Source of the DNA: a virus
Lineage: Duplodnaviria; Caudoviricetes
DNA: 64,000 nt
Direction: 5' to 3' (one strand)
IMG/VR virus record: IMGVR_UViG_2756170199_000003
Span: 64,001-128,000 of that record
Shown here: in pieces, positions 18,644-28,555 of the stretch
Layout: every line of letters starts with the position of its first letter
Position numbering within the stretch: position 1 is the stretch's first letter
Made by a program: the position numbers and the translations under genes
The notes under the pieces: generated by a model
What the model saw: the letters and a program-made list of their open reading frames with translations, nothing else
The model's database searches: none
Told to the model about the DNA's origin: nothing

Positions 18644-20905
18644 GTGATCCTCTTCCTCGATGATTTCAGCCTGTATCCGCGCGCCATCATCGACACCGAA
18701 ACCACCAACGAGAGCTTCGTGAGGCTCGCGGCGATCTACCGCAAGATGGGGATACGTAACCACGCGTTTCTCCTCGCGCTGCTCAATCCTGATCTGCAAG
18801 GCGTGGACCCATTTTCTCCCGATCTCACGCTCGATCAGATGGCGGCGATCGCCGTCGAGTGCAAGACCAATCCCTTCTATTTTTTCCGCGAGGTATGCCG
18901 CATACCCATGAGCGGCAGCACCGAAGCCGTCCCGTTTCAGGCCAGCCGCGGCAACATCGCGCTCATCTGGTGCTTCTTCAATCACCTGATGATCTTCCTC
19001 GTGATGATCCGGCAGACCGGTAAGTCGGTGGCGGCCGATACGCTCATGGTGCTGTTGCTCAACTTCATCTGCGTGAACACCGAAATCAACCTGCTCACGA
19101 AAGATGAAATCCTGCGGCGCACCAACGTGGACCGCATCAAGAAGATCATTGATGAGTTGCCACCCTACCTGCAGCAGCGCACCCGGCAGGACACGCACAA
19201 CGGCGAGGAAATCAGCGTCAATCGCCTTGGCAACAAGTACAAGACGCACGTCCCGCAGGCGTCCGAGAAAGGCGCCTACAAGGTGGGACGAGGCCTCACC
19301 ACGCCGGTCATCCAGATCGACGAAGGACCGTTCCAGCCGAATGTGAGCATTGCCGTACCGTCCGCACTCGCCGCGCGCAATGCAGCAGTCGACGCGGCCC
19401 GCGCGAATGGTTCGCCTTATGGCGTCATTTTCACCAACACCGCGGGCAAGATCGACGACCGCGACGGCGCCTTCATCTATCGCATGCAGGGCAGCGCCGC
19501 ACCGTGGAACGAGAAATTCTTCGACGCTGCAGACGCCCAGGAGCTCGAGCAGCTGGTGCGCAAGTCCTCCCACGGCGAGAAAACCCCCGACGGCAGCCGG
19601 CGCAGTGTCTATCGCGTGAACATCACGTTCGGCCACCGACAGCTCGGCAAGACCGACGAATGGCTACGGGAAAAGATCGAGGAAGCTGCGGTCAGCGGAG
19701 ACGACGCGAATCGGGACTTCTTCAATATGTGGACCTCCGGCACGCAGACGCATCCCCTGCGACGCGAAGTCCTCGAGCGGATTGTGGAATGCCGGCAGGA
19801 TCCAAAGTTCACCGAGATCAGCAAGGAAGGCTATATCACGCGCTGGTATGTGGAAGAGCACGCGATCGAGGCAAGAATGCGTGCCGGGCGCTTCGTCATC
19901 GGACTGGACCCGTCAAACGCCTCCGGTGGTGACGACATCTCGCTCGTCGCGCTCGATATCGACACACTTGAGGTCGTCGCCGCGGGCACCTATAACGAAA
20001 CCAACATCCTGCTTTTCTGCAGCTGGGTAGCGCAGTGGCTGATCCGCTGGGACACCACGACGCTGGTCATTGAGAACCGCAGTCTCGGGCAGGCCCTGAT
20101 CGACTACCTGCTCTACATGCTGCCAGGACACGCCATCGATCCGTTCCGGCGGCTCTTCAACCGGATCGTCCAGGAGTACGACGAGCTGCCGGCCCGCTTT
20201 CACGAGATCCAGGTACCGATGGGACGACGCCCCACCGACATCTACACGCGATACAAGAAGGCGTTTGGCTTCACGACATCGGGCGGTGCTGGTATCTATT
20301 CGAGAAGCGAGCTCTATTCGGCCTCGCTCCAGCTTGCCGCCAAACGCGCGGGTGCGCTCAGCTACGATCCGGTGCTGATCGAACAGATCGCCCATCTGAC
20401 CACACGCAATGGCCGCATCGATCACGAAGAAGGCTTGCATGACGACATGGTGATCGGCTGGCTGCTGGCCCACTGGCTCGTCACTCGCGGCAAGATGCTG
20501 GCGTTCTACGGGATCGACGACCGGCGCATTGGCTCAGCACTGCACGTGGGCTCGCGCGAGAGCGTCATTGATCATGCGATACGCCGCGAGCAGCAGGCGA
20601 TCCAGGAGGAGATCCGGCGCCTGTACGACGAACTCTCCCGCGAACCCAACGAATGGGTAGCCGCGCGCATTGAACATCAGATGCGCCTGCTCGACCGCCG
20701 CGTAGTCCTGCAGGAAGGTGAAATCTTCAGCATGGACACCTTGATCAACCAGGCAAAGGACAGGAAGCGGGAACGAAGACTGCAGCGTCGCACGGCGACG
20801 CCTCCTGCGGACCCAAGCCCCCCACCCCAGGGATTCTTCAGCGACATTCCGCCGGGCGTCACACCGGGCACCCCCGTGCGCACACTCAAACGTGGTGGCT
20901 GGTAA
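18644..20905 (+). CDS. terL: Terminase large subunit (phiKZ gp25-like)
   Basis: NPFYFFREV; Walker A RQTGKS; Walker B IQIDEG; nuclease motifs GLDPS and HDDMV. Confidence 0.93.
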   Translation: MILFLDDFSLYPRAIIDTETTNESFVRLAAIYRKMGIRNHAFLLALLNPDLQGVDPFSPDLTLDQMAAIAVECKTNPFYFFREVCRIPMSGSTEAVPFQASRGNIALIWCFFNHLMIFLVMIRQTGKSVAADTLMVLLLNFICVNTEINLLTKDEILRRTNVDRIKKIIDELPPYLQQRTRQDTHNGEEISVNRLGNKYKTHVPQASEKGAYKVGRGLTTPVIQIDEGPFQPNVSIAVPSALAARNAAVDAARANGSPYGVIFTNTAGKIDDRDGAFIYRMQGSAAPWNEKFFDAADAQELEQLVRKSSHGEKTPDGSRRSVYRVNITFGHRQLGKTDEWLREKIEEAAVSGDDANRDFFNMWTSGTQTHPLRREVLERIVECRQDPKFTEISKEGYITRWYVEEHAIEARMRAGRFVIGLDPSNASGGDDISLVALDIDTLEVVAAGTYNETNILLFCSWVAQWLIRWDTTTLVIENRSLGQALIDYLLYMLPGHAIDPFRRLFNRIVQEYDELPARFHEIQVPMGRRPTDIYTRYKKAFGFTTSGGAGIYSRSELYSASLQLAAKRAGALSYDPVLIEQIAHLTTRNGRIDHEEGLHDDMVIGWLLAHWLVTRGKMLAFYGIDDRRIGSALHVGSRESVIDHAIRREQQAIQEEIRRLYDELSREPNEWVAARIEHQMRLLDRRVVLQEGEIFSMDTLINQAKDRKRERRLQRRTATPPADPSPPPQGFFSDIPPGVTPGTPVRTLKRGGW

Positions 20906-20970
20906 TTCGAGATAGCCGAATCGCATGAAACTGCGCTCACTATTCGCAATACACATTGCGCCCTGACAAT

Positions 20971-21011
20971 TGTTGAAGATTCAAGGGCACCAGGTCGTTG
21001 AATCTTCAACA
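20971..21011. promoter_or_regulatory. 14-bp inverted repeat made of two TTGAA-N2-TTCAA palindromes; operator-like
   Basis: TGTTGAAGATTCAA-N13-TTGAATCTTCAACA about 115 bp upstream of vgrG. Confidence 0.5.
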
Positions 21012-21126
21012 CTCAGCCGCTATAAAGTGAGATGGCCCTTAAAAGGTCGCAATCACGGCTCATCTCAATATAGCAGTCCTCCCCTTCGGGCCGTGCCTTC
21101 CTCAAAATCCAGGGAGCTCTACGCCT

Positions 21127-23634
21127 ATGGCGGACTTGCTGAACGCATTGCAATCGATACCTGGCCGGCAGGCGTACTTTCTCGAAGTGCCCGGTACGGC
21201 AGCTGCCGCGGCGTTGTCCGTGGTGTCGTTCGATGCGACCGAAACGATGGGCTCGCCCATTGAGGTGAGCATCGAACTCACCCATCCCCTGCAGCTCGCA
21301 CGCGCGGACTTCCTGAACCGCGACGCCACATTCTCGATCGTGCCCGACGACGGTGTGCCGAAGAAGTTTTCGGGATACATCGAGCGCTTCTCGACGATCA
21401 AGACCACGAAGGACTTCACCCGGTACCGTCTGGTCCTGAAGTCACATTTCGGGCGCCTGCAGGCGGTTACCAACACGCAGGTTTTCCAGCACCTCACCAC
21501 CCCGCAGATCATCCGGCAGATCCTGAGCTCACACGGTATCAGGGATCACCAGATGTCCTTCCGGCTGCGCGGCAAATACCCCAAGCATCTGTGGCGTTTC
21601 CAGCACCAGATGACAGATTTTTCCTATGTGCACATGCTCATGGAAAAGGCTGGCATTTACTGCTTCGTCGTCGAGACCGAATACGGTGACCAGATTGTTT
21701 TTGGTGACGACATCGACCACTACATCTACGACCCCCGTCTCATCGTCCCCTATCGCGAAGCAGCCGGCCTTGAAGCCGGTGGTAGTGAGGCGATAACGTC
21801 GATCAGAACACATAGCGTGACGGTGCCGCAGTCCATCGTCGTCGCTGACTACAACCCGGATCAGGCGTGGGAGCGTTTTCGAGATGAGGCCAACCTCGCC
21901 CCGCAGGACGAAACCACCTACGGCCAGACCTACATCTACGGCACCAACCACCTCGATCAGGACGGCGCCAAGTGGGAAGCACAGCTGCGACATGAGGCGG
22001 CCCTCGCCCGCCAGGTGATCTACGAGGGTGAGAGCAATGTGCTAGCGCTTCAGTGTGCTCGTGTACTCGAAACAGACATCGCGCTACCCGACGCCCCGAA
22101 GGGCCAGGTGGTCATCGAAGTCAAGCACAGTGGCGCGCGCGACAAGGGCTATTCGAACACGTACAGGGCGATTCCTGCGGACCGGCGCTTCCGGCTCCAG
22201 CTCGAGCCTTCGAATTGGGCAAAAATCCCGGGGACGCTTTCGGCACGAATTTGCAGTCCCGATAAATATTCCTTTGGCTACCTCAATTCCGTTGGCTACT
22301 ACGTCGTCAGACTCGATGCCGATTTTGGTACCTGGTCGAAGGGTGGCGAGAGCGTGCCGTTGCGTCTCGCAAAACCCTTCGCCGGCAAACTGCAGACCGG
22401 CATGCACTTCGTCGCGCTGGATAACGACGAGGCAAAGATCTCCTTCAGGGATGGGGACCCGGACAAGCCAGAAATCAGCGGCTTCCACCACCATAGCCAG
22501 GCCCGCGATCTGGTGACGAATGACCGCCGCTGGCTGTCCCGCAACATGATCCGTACGCAGAAGAACAACAAGCTGCGTATGGAGGACTGGAACGGACAGG
22601 AAGGCATCAAGCTTAGCACGGACCACTCGGGCAAGTCACAGCTCAATCTCGGCTACCTCGTCAATGGCAAGCTTGAATACCGCGGCGAGGGGCATGAGCT
22701 CCGCACATCGGGATGGGGGGTACTGCGCGCCGGCAAGGGCGTGATGGTGACCAGCTATGACCGCCCAGGCGCCACTGGCGCACAGCGCGACATGCAGGAG
22801 ACGATGGCGCAACTGGACAGCGCGCTGGAGCTCGCCAAAGCGCTCGCGGCATCCGCCACCAGCGCCAAGGCGGAACCTGCCGACACCAACGCGCAGCAGC
22901 AGGTGAAGGATGATCTGGATAACCTGAAGAAGCCAGGCTTGCTGATGAGCACGCCAGCCTCCGCTGCATTGGTAGCGGCCGGTGGCATCCAGTTCTCGGC
23001 GGAAGACAACATCACTGGCGTAGCCGGCAGGAATGCTGACTTCAGTGTCATGAAACGCTTTACCGCCGCGGTCGGCGAGAAGATTTCGCTGTTCGCGCAG
23101 AAGTTCGGCATCAAGATCTTCGCAGCCAAAGGCCCCGTTGATTTCCAGGCACAGGGCGGGCCGATGTCGCTTACCGCGGCCAAGGACGTCAACGTCGGCA
23201 GCGTCAATGGCAAGGTCAATCTCGCGGCGGCCAAGGAAATCATCCTCGAATGCGGAGGTGCGTTCGTCCAGATCAAGGACGGCAGCATCACGCTCGGCGG
23301 TCCGGGCGATCTGTTCTTCAAAACGATCACCGTACAGAAGAAAAGCAAAGCGTCGCAAACGCCAGCTTTCCCTGTCCTGCCCGATGGCAATATCTACGAG
23401 CAGGACTTCAAACTCGTCAATCACGCGGACGGCACCTTACTCCGGAACGCAGCATACAAGATCACGTCCGAAAGCGGCACCCAGTTCGCAGGCGTCGCTT
23501 CGGACAACGCAATCACACGTCTTGCTGTGACCAGTCCCGCCGAGAAACTCACGGTCAAACTGAATTCCGAAGATGCCGACACCTATCACCAGCATCTCCG
23601 CGATGCGTGGGGCAACCCCGCATCCAACGATTGA
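21127..23634 (+). CDS. vgrG: Type VI secretion spike protein VgrG with DUF2345 and C-terminal extension
   Basis: gp27-like N-terminus, VPLRLAKPFAG...GMHF, FRDGDPDKPEISG, KSQLNLGYLV, ELRTSGWGVLRAGKG, DUF2345 region ending ILECGGAFVQIKDGSITLGGPG. Confidence 0.95.
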   Translation: MADLLNALQSIPGRQAYFLEVPGTAAAAALSVVSFDATETMGSPIEVSIELTHPLQLARADFLNRDATFSIVPDDGVPKKFSGYIERFSTIKTTKDFTRYRLVLKSHFGRLQAVTNTQVFQHLTTPQIIRQILSSHGIRDHQMSFRLRGKYPKHLWRFQHQMTDFSYVHMLMEKAGIYCFVVETEYGDQIVFGDDIDHYIYDPRLIVPYREAAGLEAGGSEAITSIRTHSVTVPQSIVVADYNPDQAWERFRDEANLAPQDETTYGQTYIYGTNHLDQDGAKWEAQLRHEAALARQVIYEGESNVLALQCARVLETDIALPDAPKGQVVIEVKHSGARDKGYSNTYRAIPADRRFRLQLEPSNWAKIPGTLSARICSPDKYSFGYLNSVGYYVVRLDADFGTWSKGGESVPLRLAKPFAGKLQTGMHFVALDNDEAKISFRDGDPDKPEISGFHHHSQARDLVTNDRRWLSRNMIRTQKNNKLRMEDWNGQEGIKLSTDHSGKSQLNLGYLVNGKLEYRGEGHELRTSGWGVLRAGKGVMVTSYDRPGATGAQRDMQETMAQLDSALELAKALAASATSAKAEPADTNAQQQVKDDLDNLKKPGLLMSTPASAALVAAGGIQFSAEDNITGVAGRNADFSVMKRFTAAVGEKISLFAQKFGIKIFAAKGPVDFQAQGGPMSLTAAKDVNVGSVNGKVNLAAAKEIILECGGAFVQIKDGSITLGGPGDLFFKTITVQKKSKASQTPAFPVLPDGNIYEQDFKLVNHADGTLLRNAAYKITSESGTQFAGVASDNAITRLAVTSPAEKLTVKLNSEDADTYHQHLRDAWGNPASND

Positions 23635-23679
23635 CCGCGTATTTCTGAAAGCATTCCAGTAACCAAAGGTTCCGAGAAT

Positions 23680-24651
23680 ATGGGCAAACGCATTCCACAA
23701 GAAGCAGAAGATCCAGCCTACGAAAGTGACCAAACACGGCCTCAGGCAACCACGCCTGTCGCCAATCTTGCGGAGCCGATCTCCAAGGGATACCTCTGCA
23801 AAAAGTGCTGCGCCGCACTTAACAAACCGCGTCGAAACCGGTTGAACCACCCGATGTACCAGCGCACCGTGACTCGCTCGATCTGGGAAGACAACGTCGA
23901 AAAGCGACAGTATTTTCGCTATAAGGGCGAGGTCGGCTATGACATGACGAAAAAGCCACCGGCTCCGATCATGTCGGCCAAGAAAAAGGAAGAAAACCGC
24001 CCCAGCGAGTTTCCGTTAGCTGGAATCTGGCGCATAAAGCGCGAACTCCAAGCGGTGGTCGAAACTGCTGGAGAGGCCGCGGGAGACCTGATAACACGAA
24101 ACGAGCTCGAAGCGCTTGGCGGTTCGGTATTGCGCATCCCAGACGTCATTGTCCTTCATTGTGATAGTGATCTTCTCAAACAACTCGAATCCCAAACGGC
24201 CGATATCAAACGCTTCATTCCAGAACAGAAGAATATTGAGCGGATCGTTGAGGTTAAGTTCTTCGACGATACCCTCTCGGAATATCAAGGTCGCGCGTAT
24301 AGTCAGATTGCAGGGCCAGCCGAATTCAACCTCCTTGAACCGACGAACCCAGATCCAGATTGCGGTTGCGGATGTCAGAAGGACGAAAAAAAACAGAAGA
24401 CAGAGCAAAAGCAAACCTCTCGATCGTCTGCTTCTCAGCGTCCGCCAATTCCGTTCATTCCGCCTGTTACACCGCCGCGCGGCGGGAAAGATGAGGACCG
24501 TCTTATCGTTGACCCAGTCGCTTCGAGTTCATACGACGGCGAGCAATCATTGAGCGATGTATTACCCCGCACACCAACGAGCAACTTGTCAGGCTCCTCA
24601 GTGATACTGCTCGACGTGCTGCTTATACTCGCTGCGGCCGCAGCCCTTTAA
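23680..24651 (+). CDS. VRR-NUC (PD-(D/E)xK) nuclease T6SS effector, TseV-like
   Basis: YKGEVGYDMT..PPAPIMS, RIPDVIV, IVEVKF, Q..AY..IAG, CGC; directly downstream of vgrG. Confidence 0.85.
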   Translation: MGKRIPQEAEDPAYESDQTRPQATTPVANLAEPISKGYLCKKCCAALNKPRRNRLNHPMYQRTVTRSIWEDNVEKRQYFRYKGEVGYDMTKKPPAPIMSAKKKEENRPSEFPLAGIWRIKRELQAVVETAGEAAGDLITRNELEALGGSVLRIPDVIVLHCDSDLLKQLESQTADIKRFIPEQKNIERIVEVKFFDDTLSEYQGRAYSQIAGPAEFNLLEPTNPDPDCGCGCQKDEKKQKTEQKQTSRSSASQRPPIPFIPPVTPPRGGKDEDRLIVDPVASSSYDGEQSLSDVLPRTPTSNLSGSSVILLDVLLILAAAAAL

Positions 24652-24668
24652 CTGATCCAGACTCCGAA

Positions 24669-25688
24669 ATGACATCTGACGAACTCGACGACTACGTTTA
24701 CGACTGCGACCGCACAGCCCCTGACAGCCCTGAAGGAGCTGACTTCCGATACGTGGTGAAACTCGTACTTCGCGCCACGTTATTTTTTCGCGCAGGACAC
24801 ACGCAGGAAATTCGCCAGGGACTGAAGGCCTGCTTCGACGAGTATTTTCTGGCATTCGGCAAGAATCTGCATTGGGGATGGGAACCCCAACCATCCGGAA
24901 AGCCGACGCCTCGAATCTTCGATCAAAATCTTATCGATGCTACTCGTAGTGCCTTCGACAACACGAAAGAAGGTAGCAACATTGAACTCGCTTTCATGAG
25001 CGGATTTAACCAATACTACGTTGGCGATTATGGAATCAAGTGTCTGACCATGCCAAACTGGGAAGACTCAATGGGTTACGATTCCTATTTCAGCTTCTGG
25101 TTGCCTTGTGATACTTATCATGAAGGCCGATGGGATGGTGGCAATTTCCCTGCCCATGAATTCCTGCTTGCGTGCTGCAAACGTCTTAAAGCTTCACAAG
25201 GCTACGCTGGATTCGCTCTTGCGCTGCCGCACGAATATGCCAAATGGGAACCCTACGAACTGAAGTTGGCCCAAAAATACTACGGACTGGAGATCGACAA
25301 GGCAGCGGCAACATCACTCATGATCGACGAGTGGCGCGGAGTCAAGGACGTCAACTGGTACACCATCCTTGGCGAACCCTATGTTGAAAAATTAGGCGGC
25401 AACCACGCCATCCGCGCAAAGCTTGCAGCCCCCAACTTTCAGCTTTACGACTTTGGCGCAGGGATTACCATCCGGGCAGGCGCTGAACCTGAAATGGCTC
25501 CAGTAAGCAATGGTCTGCCATCTGCATATGTAGCAGTCAATGACGTCATTCGACCAATCAGGACGACACAAATCCGATCGATGGGTCTTGGCTCAAACGC
25601 AGGCGAATTGCGCTTCAATATCCGACTGACTGACCTGTGGATGAGACGGTTTGATGCGCCGGGGATTTGGCCGCCGGCACATCCATAA
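24669..25688 (+). CDS. DUF3396 / TsiV-like T6SS immunity protein
   Basis: GYAGFAL, YYGLEID, KDVNWYTILG, IRAGAEP, WMRRFD; follows the VRR-NUC effector. Confidence 0.85.
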   Translation: MTSDELDDYVYDCDRTAPDSPEGADFRYVVKLVLRATLFFRAGHTQEIRQGLKACFDEYFLAFGKNLHWGWEPQPSGKPTPRIFDQNLIDATRSAFDNTKEGSNIELAFMSGFNQYYVGDYGIKCLTMPNWEDSMGYDSYFSFWLPCDTYHEGRWDGGNFPAHEFLLACCKRLKASQGYAGFALALPHEYAKWEPYELKLAQKYYGLEIDKAAATSLMIDEWRGVKDVNWYTILGEPYVEKLGGNHAIRAKLAAPNFQLYDFGAGITIRAGAEPEMAPVSNGLPSAYVAVNDVIRPIRTTQIRSMGLGSNAGELRFNIRLTDLWMRRFDAPGIWPPAHP

Positions 25689-25786
25689 CACGGCCAATCG
25701 TGTTCGATTAACAGCGGCAGGCCCCCGTCCCGTATATCGCAACGGTTTGCGACGACGGTGGCCTGACCGCATCGAATGAGGTTTGC

Positions 25787-26419
25787 GTGACAAGTAATGA
25801 ACGTACGGCTCACCGCCGTGTACTGCCATTTTTCTGCTCACCGCCGGCATGGGTTCTGATTCGCGTCGATGTGCCGGGACTCTCCATTGTGAGAGAACGC
25901 ACCGAGCATGGTGGAGCGGTGCTGTGCTTCCTGTCGCTACTCGACGCGATGATCGAGGTCGTCCATGCCGCACGCGTTGGCAGGGAGTTGCGTATCCTTC
26001 GCGCATCAGATGTCGATTTCAGTCTGTTCCGGGACCTCGACGGACAAGGACTGCTCGCGAGCCTGCATAGTGCATGGCTCGCATCGGGTCCGAAGATCCT
26101 TGCCCGACCATCTGGCGTCTTGGCTAGGTTCACAACGGACCTACATGAATGGGCCGGCGATCCGGTTTTCTTCGAAGTTCAGTCGGACACGCTTGGCTTG
26201 TTCAACGACACCTATGAACTGGCAGGTCTTTTCGCCTGGCGCGAGACCAATCAAATCGTACAGCGATGGGACGAGGCACGCCTTCGCGACGCCGCGAAAA
26301 GAGCGCTCAATGCGGTTGAGGTGACAGGCGGTCAAGCGGAGGACTGCAACGGCTTGGCCCTGTTCAATCCTGAGTCAATGGAATGGCACTTCGTGCCGCC
26401 CAGAGAGCAGGAATCGTGA
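25787..26419 (+). CDS. Hypothetical protein
   Basis: 210-aa ORF with GTG start and GAGG RBS. Confidence 0.5.
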   Translation: MTSNERTAHRRVLPFFCSPPAWVLIRVDVPGLSIVRERTEHGGAVLCFLSLLDAMIEVVHAARVGRELRILRASDVDFSLFRDLDGQGLLASLHSAWLASGPKILARPSGVLARFTTDLHEWAGDPVFFEVQSDTLGLFNDTYELAGLFAWRETNQIVQRWDEARLRDAAKRALNAVEVTGGQAEDCNGLALFNPESMEWHFVPPREQES

Positions 26420-26557
26420 GCAGCAACACCTTTGTCCAGCCTGGTCGTGGATTCGTCGGCCGGTCCATCAATCGCGTGGTCGCGCTGCACACTGCTTCAG
26501 AACGTGCTCCGGTTGATCTTTGCCCGGCTGCCTATCATGCAGCCGGATAGCGTCGTC

Positions 26558-27787
26558 TCATGTCCCTGAGTAGTGCCGCATGGTCATCGTACGGATTACG
26601 ATGTAGAGAAGGATCGCTGTGCGTACCGATGCAATCACGCTGTCGTTCCGGTTTCCCGTGGCCTTCTTCACGCACCACTCGGCTTTATCCCTGAGCGAAA
26701 AGAGCGCAGGATCGATGCTGCGCGACGAAGTATAGACCCCACGCAGCCTGGCAAGGAGCGTCGGCAGATCCACGTGGTTGCGCACCATGGTGCGCTCTTC
26801 AGCAAGATAGTCGAAGCTGTGAATGAGCGTTTCGTCGAGCAGATCGCCGATGCGCTTCGCAGCTGAGTGCTGGTAGCTGTCCGAAATCCATTCGAGTGTC
26901 TGCCGGAAGAGGCGTGGCGGTGTCGTGTACATCAGCTTGCAGATCAGCTCGAACAGCTCTTCCTTGATGAACGAGTGCCGGTCGGTGACGATCGAGTGCA
27001 GGTACCGCGTGTACGCAATCAGGTTGCGGTTACGATCCTTGAGCACCACGTTACCATCGTAGTCGACGAGCGACGAGCTCGACTGGATGCGCATACCCTG
27101 ATGATGGACCTGCAGGAACACGTCGTAAATGTTCTTGAGCATGTCGCGGATGCGGCTTTGCGTATCGTTGAGCAGGTAGATCACCTCGAGGTCGTTGTCC
27201 ATCCGGGAGATGGTCTTGAAATGCAGGCCCTGGGGGGAGATGAGGTCGCGCGTACGCTGCTCCAGCACGGCGTTCCACGTGCCAAACTGCTTGATCGCGA
27301 ATTTACCGGACAGCAGCGCGTAGGTGGCCTCCGCTGTGGCCCGGTCGGCGGGATAGCGGAAGTGGCGAAAGAGGCGGGAGGTCAGAAACTTGTACTGGAG
27401 CACGAGCGCAACGTCCATCATGGTTGTCTGCTTCGCGGCGTCGTTGAGTTTCGGGCTCACGTAAAGCGCGTGCAGCAGCCATGCGCACGAGAGATTCATC
27501 GTGTCACTGGAGACCTTGAAGGTGGGATTGACGGTAGGTAGCGCGACGAGCTCCTGGGCAAGCACACCCTCTTCGACTTTCAGGATCTCCTCGAACCACC
27601 GGTCACGGTCGTCGTCGGTGAAGCGCACCACCTCCACGCCCGTGAGATTGCCGCCAAAGAACTTGATGTGATCGGGGTTCTTGAAAACAAAGGCGTGACG
27701 GTACTGGCTTACCCTGCGGGCGAATGCTGCATCCATCGCGAGGTCGTGGCAAGCCTCGAGGAACACGCCCTCGATGTTTTTCGCCAT
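26558..27787 (-). CDS. Conserved jumbo-phage protein (phiKZ gp32-like)
   Basis: KNPDHIKFFGGNLTGVEVVRFT, FKVSSD, LRGVYTSSRS motifs. Confidence 0.7.
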   Translation of the reverse strand: MAKNIEGVFLEACHDLAMDAAFARRVSQYRHAFVFKNPDHIKFFGGNLTGVEVVRFTDDDRDRWFEEILKVEEGVLAQELVALPTVNPTFKVSSDTMNLSCAWLLHALYVSPKLNDAAKQTTMMDVALVLQYKFLTSRLFRHFRYPADRATAEATYALLSGKFAIKQFGTWNAVLEQRTRDLISPQGLHFKTISRMDNDLEVIYLLNDTQSRIRDMLKNIYDVFLQVHHQGMRIQSSSSLVDYDGNVVLKDRNRNLIAYTRYLHSIVTDRHSFIKEELFELICKLMYTTPPRLFRQTLEWISDSYQHSAAKRIGDLLDETLIHSFDYLAEERTMVRNHVDLPTLLARLRGVYTSSRSIDPALFSLRDKAEWCVKKATGNRNDSVIASVRTAILLYIVIRTMTMRHYSGT

Positions 27788-27850
27788 GGCCAATTCCTGA
27801 AATCCGATGAAAAGCCGCTGAGGAGCCGCCGGCAGCGTCCGGGTGCGGCT

Positions 27851-28555
27851 CTATGCGCGCCGGCGCGCGACCCAGTCCTTTGCAAATGCCTCAAGCGAGG
27901 GAAACACCCTCGATCCGTAGGCATGCACCAGTGCCTCGAGCGCCTGTGCGAGTTCGACCACGCGCGGCTCGGGATTGCTGCTGTCGCTGCCGTTGACTGA
28001 GGGTTGGGTGGCATCCATGACGACCACGTAGTTATCCGGGCCACTACCATGCTGACCGAGTTCGGCCAGATCCTGACTCACTTCGACAATGTGCTCGGGC
28101 TTGACGTCGGTCGCCGAAACGCCATAGACGGTAGTCGCACCAGCGCCTGGCGTCGTGTCGGCGCTGGCGAGTTCCACGTTGTTGATGAGTTGGGCAAGCG
28201 CGAGGGCGTCATTAGCCTGCGATTCGAGCGCCTGCGATTCGAGCGCCTGCGACTGGCCGCCCGGTCGACCGCCGGAATCGAGCAGGGCTTTTGACGTTTC
28301 CGGTGCGCCATCCTGCGCGCTGCCATGCCCATCCCGGCTGCCCGCGGCAGCGTCAGACTCCGTGGCACCCGGTGAGGCGACCGCAGTTGCCTCATCCGTG
28401 GCTTCGCCCGTCGAAGACTCGGGACGCGCATAGACCTCGTTGAGCGCCTGCGAAAAGACTTCCGAGAGCGGCCCCTTGATCTCAATGAGTTCCTTGCTGT
28501 CATCCCCGGCAGAGTCCAGTTGCCCTTCGAGCGCTGCCCTGAGCAATGAAGCCAT
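27851..28555 (-). CDS. Acidic head protein with prohead-protease-type A/S-L-E sites
   Basis: GGAGG RBS; AALE, ALES x2, ALEA, SLEA motifs in an acidic low-complexity protein. Confidence 0.6.
   Translation of the reverse strand: MASLLRAALEGQLDSAGDDSKELIEIKGPLSEVFSQALNEVYARPESSTGEATDEATAVASPGATESDAAAGSRDGHGSAQDGAPETSKALLDSGGRPGGQSQALESQALESQANDALALAQLINNVELASADTTPGAGATTVYGVSATDVKPEHIVEVSQDLAELGQHGSGPDNYVVVMDATQPSVNGSDSSNPEPRVVELAQALEALVHAYGSRVFPSLEAFAKDWVARRRA
28215..28252. repeat. 15-bp tandem repeat (about 2.5 copies) encoding QALES
   Basis: GCCTGCGATTCGAGC x2 plus a partial copy. Confidence 0.85.

Noticed and set aside
9883-25688. Sheath, tube and VgrG read as a T6SS or extracellular contractile injection system locus
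   Set aside because: The sheath and tube are phiKZ-type and linked to terminase and prohead protease; no TssJLM, ClpV, Hcp, PAAR or Afp-type ATPase genes are present.
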